Positions 26,121-32,000 of a stretch of 32,000 bases of DNA are shown one piece after another. The DNA is from Zymomonas mobilis subsp. mobilis ATCC 10988 (GTDB lineage: Bacteria; Pseudomonadota; Alphaproteobacteria; Sphingomonadales; Sphingomonadaceae). Where the stretch lies: contig NC_017262.1 of the NCBI RefSeq assembly GCF_000175255.2, positions 1,260,001 through 1,292,000 of the forward strand, read 5' to 3'. Each line of letters begins with the position of its first letter. Within the stretch, counting starts at the first letter, position 1. Made by a program: the position numbers and the translations under genes. The notes under the pieces were generated by a model, which was given only the letters and a program-made list of their open reading frames with translations, was not told where the DNA came from and did no database searches.

Positions 26121-27452
26121 TTATTCTGGTGGTGTTTCATTCGCTTTTAAGACAGAGCCTGCCAGATAAAGAGAACCAACGATAGCAATGATCGGCGGAT
26201 AATCGGGAGAGGCTTCGCGGGCTATCAAGCGAAGCGCTTCTTCCGGTGAAGCCGCAATCCGCCCTGACATTCCATTTTTCTGGGCGATAGACACCAGATA
26301 TTCAGGCGAATGATAGGGATGGCTTGGCACTGGAACCGCATAGAAGCGAGCCTGTGTCGATCCAAAAAACTGAAGAACACCTTCGGCGTCTTTATTAGAG
26401 AGCATGCCCATAATAAGATGGAAAGGCTTCTTCTCTTTTTCGACATGTTCTTGGAAGAAAGCTGCCGTTGAAGGGGCGGCGGCGGGATTATGACAACCAT
26501 CAATCCACAATTCTGCCCCAACCGGTAATTGGCTTACCAAACGACCATCCGAGACATGCTGCAATCTGGCTGGCCAGAAAGCCCATCCCATAGCCGCTTT
26601 ATAAGCCGCCTCTGGTATTTGAATAACTTTCTGATGGCGCAGCATCGCAACGGCCAAGGCCGCATTCTCATTCTGATGACTGCCGTTTAACCGCGGTAAA
26701 GGCAAATGGAGCCGTCCAGCCTTATCCCGATAATGCAGCTCATTCTGGTAAACTGTCCATTCCCATATGCTGCCACGAGGCAACCAAACCGCTTTTTTCT
26801 CATCAGCTATTTTTTTGATCTGCGCCGCAATAGAAGGCTCATAGGTCTGCGTGACCAGAGGCACTGTCTCTTTGGCAATACCAGCTTTTTCGGCTGCAAT
26901 ATCTTCGGCATTATCGCCTAAAAAAGCCTGATGATCGACCCCAAGCTGGGCAATCCCGCATACAATCGGATTGGTAATGACATTGGTCGCATCGAGCTTG
27001 CCCCCTAAACCGACTTCAATGACGCAGGCATCCGCAGGGTTCCGAGAAAAAGCCAAAAAGGCCGCCGCCGTGGTGACTTCAAAGAAGCTAGCACCGACAT
27101 CCTCACCAATATCCAATACTTCTTTTAATAAACCAGCCAAGGTATCATCATCGACCAGCTTGTCAGCTATTCTGATACGTTCATTAAAACGTACCAGATG
27201 CGGACTGGTATAGGCATGGACAGACAAACCGGCGGCCTGAAGTGCCGCTCTTAGAAAGGCGCAAGTAGAGCCTTTGCCATTGGTTCCAGCAACATGGAAT
27301 ACTGGGGGCAGGTGATGCTCTGGATGTCCCAGCCGTTCCAGCAATTCGCTGATACGGCTTAGACCCAAGATGTCACTTCCCGGTGAGAGGCGTGCCAATC
27401 TGTCTAATTGGAATTGAACATCTGGATTATCGGAACGGGCGTGATCGGCCAT
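26121..27452 (-). CDS. folC: Bifunctional folylpolyglutamate synthase / dihydrofolate synthase
   Basis: Mur-ligase fold with HVAGTNGKGST and the folC position downstream of accD. Confidence 0.85.
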   Translation of the reverse strand: MADHARSDNPDVQFQLDRLARLSPGSDILGLSRISELLERLGHPEHHLPPVFHVAGTNGKGSTCAFLRAALQAAGLSVHAYTSPHLVRFNERIRIADKLVDDDTLAGLLKEVLDIGEDVGASFFEVTTAAAFLAFSRNPADACVIEVGLGGKLDATNVITNPIVCGIAQLGVDHQAFLGDNAEDIAAEKAGIAKETVPLVTQTYEPSIAAQIKKIADEKKAVWLPRGSIWEWTVYQNELHYRDKAGRLHLPLPRLNGSHQNENAALAVAMLRHQKVIQIPEAAYKAAMGWAFWPARLQHVSDGRLVSQLPVGAELWIDGCHNPAAAPSTAAFFQEHVEKEKKPFHLIMGMLSNKDAEGVLQFFGSTQARFYAVPVPSHPYHSPEYLVSIAQKNGMSGRIAASPEEALRLIAREASPDYPPIIAIVGSLYLAGSVLKANETPPE

Positions 27453-27480
27453 AATTTATATCTCGAACAGCAAGGAATGT

Positions 27481-28335
27481 TTAGGCCGCTTCATTGGCAG
27501 GAAGCAGATAATCCACAAGCGAGATCAGACGATCACGCATTTCAGCACGGGGAACAACCATATCAATCATACCATGCTCAAGAAGATATTCTGCCCGCTG
27601 GAATCCTTCGGGGAGCTTCTCTCTAATGGTCGATTCAATAACACGCTGTCCGGCAAAGCCAATCAAGGCACCGGGTTCCGCAATCTGAACATCACCCAAC
27701 ATCGCATAAGAGGCGGTAACACCCCCCGTTGTCGGGTCTGTTAAGACGACAATATAAGGCAGTCCGGCTTCTCTTAACTCCGCAATAGCTGCCGTGCTTC
27801 TGGGCATTTGCATCAAAGACAAAATGCCTTCCTGCATTCTTGCACCACCTGCCGCCGTAAAGATGATATAAGGCGAATGACATTCTATTGCAGCTTTGAC
27901 ACCAGCCACAAAAGCGCTTCCGACCGCCAAGCCCATAGAACCGCCCATGAAGGAAAAGTCCTGAACGCCAATAACCGTCTGACGCCCTGCCAACCGCCCT
28001 TTGGCATTAAGCAGCGCATCATTTTCGCCCGATTTAAGGCGGGCTGCTTTAAGACGATCAACATAACGTTTGGTATCGCGGAATTTTAACGGATCTTCCG
28101 GCACGACGGGCGGAGGAAGAACGCTGTAATCCCCTTCATCAAATAGGGAATCAAAACGCGCACGGCTCCCGATGCGGCCATGAAAGCCGCATTTTGGACA
28201 AACAGACAGATTTTCTTCGTAATCTTTGTTGAAAATCATCGTCTGACAATGGGGGCAGCGATGCCACAGATTATCAGGCGTTTCTCGTTTGACAATAAAA
28301 GGTATTTTGTTTCGGACTTTTTCGAGCCAACTCAT
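27481..28335 (-). CDS. accD: Acetyl-CoA carboxylase carboxyltransferase subunit beta
   Basis: N-terminal zinc ribbon CPHCQ...CPKCGFH, then FSFMGGSMG and GGARMQEG. Confidence 0.9.
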   Translation of the reverse strand: MSWLEKVRNKIPFIVKRETPDNLWHRCPHCQTMIFNKDYEENLSVCPKCGFHGRIGSRARFDSLFDEGDYSVLPPPVVPEDPLKFRDTKRYVDRLKAARLKSGENDALLNAKGRLAGRQTVIGVQDFSFMGGSMGLAVGSAFVAGVKAAIECHSPYIIFTAAGGARMQEGILSLMQMPRSTAAIAELREAGLPYIVVLTDPTTGGVTASYAMLGDVQIAEPGALIGFAGQRVIESTIREKLPEGFQRAEYLLEHGMIDMVVPRAEMRDRLISLVDYLLPANEAA

Positions 28336-29156
28336 AGGGCGGCCTCCTTACGGGCATCGGAAATGGCCGTGCTTAATTCTTTAGCCAATTTTTCTAAGGC
28401 GGCATTGGGATCTTGGCGATTGGTCACAGCCTTTTCGATGCAAGACACAAAGGCCGAACCCACCACAACCGCATCAGCCTTTTTGGCAATCGCTGCGGCC
28501 TGTTCTGGTGAACGAATACCGAAACCGACGGCAACCGGCAAATCTGTTACAGCTTTAATCCGATCAAGCGCGGCATCAATGCTGGCTTCAGTTGCCTGTT
28601 GCAGACCCGTAACGCCCGCGACAGAAACATAATAGAGGAAACCGGAAGCCCCATCGAGGATGATTTTCAAACGCGCTTCATCACTGGTCGGGGTGGCGAG
28701 CCGGATCATATCCATGCCTTTTTCGCGCACTGCGACACCAAGGGTTGCGTCTTCTTCTGGCGGAATATCGACACAGATAATGCCGTCAACACCGGCTTCT
28801 TTTGCAGAGGCGGCGAAGCTGTCGCTGCCTTTAAACGTCATCGGATTGGCATATCCCATAAGGATAAGCGGCGTTTCCGGATGTCGTTTTCTAAATTCCG
28901 TGGCTATTCTAAAGATGTCATTATAGCCAGTTTTAGCCGCCAAAGCCCGAAGATTGGCTTTCTGAATAGCGGGGCCATCTGCCATCGGATCAGAAAAGGG
29001 CATCCCTAATTCGATAATATCGACGCCATTTTCAACCAGACTATCCAACAGGGCAGGGGTCGCTTCAATAGAGGGATCACCTGCCGTCAGAAAGGCAATC
29101 AAAGCAGCCCGATTTTCTTTTTTTGTTTTGGCAAAAGTATTGGCAATCCGGCTCAT
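28332..29156 (-). CDS. trpA: Tryptophan synthase alpha chain
   Basis: [25 protein letters not shown] and GFGI motifs. It has 4-nt overlaps with both neighbours. Confidence 0.9.
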   Translation of the reverse strand: MSRIANTFAKTKKENRAALIAFLTAGDPSIEATPALLDSLVENGVDIIELGMPFSDPMADGPAIQKANLRALAAKTGYNDIFRIATEFRKRHPETPLILMGYANPMTFKGSDSFAASAKEAGVDGIICVDIPPEEDATLGVAVREKGMDMIRLATPTSDEARLKIILDGASGFLYYVSVAGVTGLQQATEASIDAALDRIKAVTDLPVAVGFGIRSPEQAAAIAKKADAVVVGSAFVSCIEKAVTNRQDPNAALEKLAKELSTAISDARKEAAL

Positions 29157-30379
29157 AACGCGACCCCTAAATGGCTGGCTACGGTATAGATATCTTTGTC
29201 GCCACGCCCTGAAAGATTAACAATAATGACTTTGTCTTTGCCCATTGTCGGGGCTATTTTGGCGGCTTCTGCCAAAGCATGGGAAGATTCCAATGCCGGA
29301 ATAATACCCTCTAATCGGCAAAGCTGCTGGAAAGCGGCCAAGGCTTCGTTATCCGTAATGGTTTCATAACGGACACGTTTTATGTCTTTTAACCAGCTAT
29401 GTTCAGGGCCAATACCCGGATAATCAAGACCGGCTGAAATCGAATGGGCATCTTTAATCTGACCATTCTCATCATAAAGAAGATAGGTGCGGTTTCCATG
29501 GACGATACCCGGTGCGCCGCCCGTTAAGCTGGCTGCATGACGACCGGTTTCCATGCCTTCACCGGCAGCCTCGACACCAATCATAGCGACATCTGTATCA
29601 TCAAGGAAAGGATGGAAAAGCCCCATAGCATTTGATCCACCGCCAACGGCTGCGATCAATAAATCCGGTAAACGCTTTTCTGCTTTTTGAATCTGCTCTC
29701 TGGCTTCGCGTCCAATCACGGATTGGAAATCACGCACCATTTCAGGATATGGATGGGGGCCTGCTGCCGTGCCAAGAATATAGAAAGTGTCATCAATATG
29801 AGCCACCCAATCACGCAGGGCTTCATTCATGGCATCTTTTAAGGTGCGGGAACCCGCTTTAACGGGACGAACCTCGGCACCTAACAATTTCATTCTAAAG
29901 ACATTGGGTTGCTGGCGCTCTGTATCCAGTTCACCCATAAAGACCGTGCAAGATAGACCAAAGCGAGCCGCAACGGTCGCCGTTGCGACACCATGCTGTC
30001 CGGCACCGGTTTCCGCGATAACGCGGGTTTTACCCATTCTTTTCGCTAATAAGACCTGACCGATGCAGTTATTGATTTTATGCGCACCCGTGTGATTAAG
30101 ATCTTCACGCTTCAAATAGATTTTTGCGCCGCCCCAGGCTTCTGTCAGGCGAGGCGCGAAATAAAGCGGGCTAGGACGACCGACATAATGCTCTAGCAGA
30201 TCATCTCTTTCTGCTATGAATGACGGGTCTTTCAATGCGCGCCGATATTCCTGATTAAGCTCAAGAATTAAAGGCATCAGGGTTTCGGGAACATATTGTC
30301 CGCCGAATGTGCCAAAATGCCCTCCTGCATCAGGTTGGGCGCGAAGAGAATTCGGAAGAACAGAATTAGATTGTTTCAT
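29153..30379 (-). CDS. trpB: Tryptophan synthase beta chain
   Basis: [32 protein letters not shown] and GGGSNAMG motifs. Confidence 0.95.
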   Translation of the reverse strand: MKQSNSVLPNSLRAQPDAGGHFGTFGGQYVPETLMPLILELNQEYRRALKDPSFIAERDDLLEHYVGRPSPLYFAPRLTEAWGGAKIYLKREDLNHTGAHKINNCIGQVLLAKRMGKTRVIAETGAGQHGVATATVAARFGLSCTVFMGELDTERQQPNVFRMKLLGAEVRPVKAGSRTLKDAMNEALRDWVAHIDDTFYILGTAAGPHPYPEMVRDFQSVIGREAREQIQKAEKRLPDLLIAAVGGGSNAMGLFHPFLDDTDVAMIGVEAAGEGMETGRHAASLTGGAPGIVHGNRTYLLYDENGQIKDAHSISAGLDYPGIGPEHSWLKDIKRVRYETITDNEALAAFQQLCRLEGIIPALESSHALAEAAKIAPTMGKDKVIIVNLSGRGDKDIYTVASHLGVAL

Positions 30380-31011
30380 AATAGACGAACCGCTTGAAGG
30401 AATTGGGCAATCTTGTCCATATCCTTGATACCGGGTGATGTTTCGACACCCGAAGAAATATCGACCAGTTCTGCACCAGTGATAGCGACGGCTTGGGCTA
30501 TATTATTGGCATCAAGTCCGCCGGATAAAGCCCAAGGCAAAGGATGTTTATACTCTTTGAGTAAACGCCAGTCGAAGCGCCTGCCCATACCGCCCGGCAA
30601 TACGCCATCGGTACGTGCATCGTAAAGCAACCGATCGGCTAAACCGCGATAATGCGGTGCCTGTGCCAAATCTTGGCTGTTGGCAATAGAAAGCGCTTTC
30701 CATATTTTTACCTTAGGAAATGTCTCGCGGATGGAAGCTATCCGTTCAGCCGTTTCATGGCCGTGTAGCTGAAAACCCGTTAGGCCGGAAGCCAAGGCTC
30801 TTTCCAGTAAATTATTATCGGGATCAACAAAAACGCCCATCTTCTGGACGTGGTCGGGGATCTGCCGGATCAGCATAGCCGCTTTTTCTGGTGTTACCGA
30901 CCGTGGGCTTTTTTCAAAAAAGACAAAGCCGATGTAGTCTGCGCCATATCTGACGGCAGTCGCGACTGTCTCTTCTGTGGATAAACCACATATTTTTGTA
31001 CGAACCGACAT
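30376..31011 (-). CDS. trpF: N-(5'-phosphoribosyl)anthranilate isomerase
   Basis: KICGL...ADYIGFVF...SPR...LSGGL pattern in a 211-aa ORF directly upstream of trpB. Confidence 0.85.
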   Translation of the reverse strand: MSVRTKICGLSTEETVATAVRYGADYIGFVFFEKSPRSVTPEKAAMLIRQIPDHVQKMGVFVDPDNNLLERALASGLTGFQLHGHETAERIASIRETFPKVKIWKALSIANSQDLAQAPHYRGLADRLLYDARTDGVLPGGMGRRFDWRLLKEYKHPLPWALSGGLDANNIAQAVAITGAELVDISSGVETSPGIKDMDKIAQFLQAVRLL

Positions 31012-31123
31012 TGTTATTACATCCGGAAAGAAACCCGTTGATCCCTTCAGATAAACTGAAAGTCCAGATACCTCTAAAGGATATTATCCATCGGGTCACA
31101 GTGTTTTTATGCTTCTCGGACGA

Positions 31124-31834
31124 TTATTTCCGGCGCAATTGTCTGGCAATAGCCGAGGCCACCTCGGCAGGTTCATCTGCACGGGTAATCGGGCGGCCAA
31201 TAACTAAAATAGAAGCGCCCCGATCCAAAGCATCGGCAGGCGTGCAAACCCGTTTTTGGTCACCAACGACACTATCGGCAGGCCGTATTCCGGGAACAAC
31301 AAAGAAGCCATCGCGCCATTCTTCATGCACCTGTTCGACTTCTTCACCAGAACAGACAATGCCATCCAGACCGGATCTACGTGCCAGACGTGCCAGTTTT
31401 TCAACCTGCGATTCTGGCGTTCCCGTCATGCCAATCACACCAAGATCACTTTGATCGAGACTGGTCAGAATAGTGACACCCACCACTTTCGAGCCTTTGT
31501 CTGCGGCCTTTTTGGCCGCGCGCATCATGGCTTCACCGCCTTCGGTATGAACCGTTAAAATAGCAGGCGGCGACTTGATCGCCTGAAACAAAGCCTCAAT
31601 CGCAGAAGCCACTGTATTCGGAATATCATGAAATTTGAGATCAAGAAAAATAGGCAGCCCTTGATCTGCGATTTTTTCAACCCCGTAATGGCCATGCGCC
31701 ATAAAAAATTCCAGACCAAGCTTGATCCCGCCAACATGAGGGCGGAGGATCGTCGCCAGCTTTTCAGCCTTTTTCAGGTCTGGTGTATCGAGGGCAACAA
31801 AAACGGGATTGGATAAAAAGTCAGTATTGGGCAC
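31124..31834 (-). CDS. pyrF: Orotidine 5'-phosphate decarboxylase
   Basis: VALDTPD, FLDLKFHDIPNT and LVIGRPIT motifs. Confidence 0.9.
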   Translation of the reverse strand: MPNTDFLSNPVFVALDTPDLKKAEKLATILRPHVGGIKLGLEFFMAHGHYGVEKIADQGLPIFLDLKFHDIPNTVASAIEALFQAIKSPPAILTVHTEGGEAMMRAAKKAADKGSKVVGVTILTSLDQSDLGVIGMTGTPESQVEKLARLARRSGLDGIVCSGEEVEQVHEEWRDGFFVVPGIRPADSVVGDQKRVCTPADALDRGASILVIGRPITRADEPAEVASAIARQLRRK

Positions 31835-31847
31835 AGTGCATCAAACT

Positions 31848-32000
31848 CTATTGGCCAGTGAAAGCTGAGTCATTCTTCGTGAGTGACGGCGTCTCTACCG
31901 GCGGGTTTTCTGGCTGCATATCTGCAATCTGACGGTTGAGCTTGTCAATCCTTCTACGCCAATTCCAACGGGAAGCGCTGTGATAAAGCAATGCCGGAAC
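31848..32000 (-). CDS. 3' end (50 codons) of a gene continuing beyond the window; possibly a LapA/DUF1049-like inner-membrane protein
   Basis: The minus frame is open from 32000 to TAG at 31850-31848 (VPALLYHSASRWNWRRRIDKLNRQIADMQPENPPVETPSLTKNDSAFTGQ). The basic coiled tail resembles the E. coli LapA C-terminus, and lapAB-pyrF linkage is known in E. coli. The call is weak. Confidence 0.35.
   Translation of the reverse strand, partial: VPALLYHSASRWNWRRRIDKLNRQIADMQPENPPVETPSLTKNDSAFTGQ

Noticed and set aside
28332-31011. trpF-trpB-trpA-accD (then folC) with 4-nt ATGA-type overlaps at 30376-30379, 29153-29156 and 28332-28335, considered as an unusual fusion of tryptophan and fatty-acid/folate genes
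   Set aside because: The trpFBA-accD-folC arrangement is, to my knowledge, a widely conserved and long-known cluster in proteobacteria. The overlaps are ordinary translational coupling.
1-32000. Searched by eye for CRISPR-like regularly spaced repeats, rRNA, and long direct repeats shared between distant parts of the window
   Set aside because: None was seen apart from the IS inverted repeats and CTAG duplications. This was a visual scan only, and a computational repeat search would be needed to exclude short dispersed repeats.

Overview
This window looks like chromosomal core DNA from a moderately AT-rich alphaproteobacterium. Protein sequences and gene order look Sphingomonadales or Zymomonas-like, but that is inference by eye with no database search. 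Most of it is housekeeping. In order: the 3' end of a PQQ sugar dehydrogenase, a DUF815 AAA+ ATPase, a Tat-signal aminotransferase, chorismate mutase, ispB, hrpB, a DXD glycosyltransferase, a YnfM-like MFS gene, sucD preceded by two small SdhC/SdhD-like membrane proteins, prmA, tRNA-Leu(CAA), a two-gene ABC importer with no binding protein, grxB, uvrD, the rluB-rsmD pair, a GltP/DctA-type symporter, ampG, the trpF-trpB-trpA-accD-folC cluster, pyrF and a LapA-like 3' end. I saw no CRISPR array, rRNA, prophage or recognisable defence system. The unusual content is gene decay and mobile DNA. Two different ~850-bp IS5-family (IS427-group-like) elements sit precisely at CTAG sites inside the MFS gene and inside grxB, and both interrupted genes can be rejoined in frame by eye. 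The glycosyltransferase is cut off from its only start codon by a G7 homopolymer. Other items worth a second look are an orphan sucD behind an SdhCD-like pair lacking the heme histidines, a Tat-exported PLP aminotransferase, the ABC system behind a 650-bp palindrome-rich leader, and a ~270-aa repeat-containing disordered N-terminus on RluB. All homology calls come from motif recognition and remembered E. coli sequences; none was verified by search.
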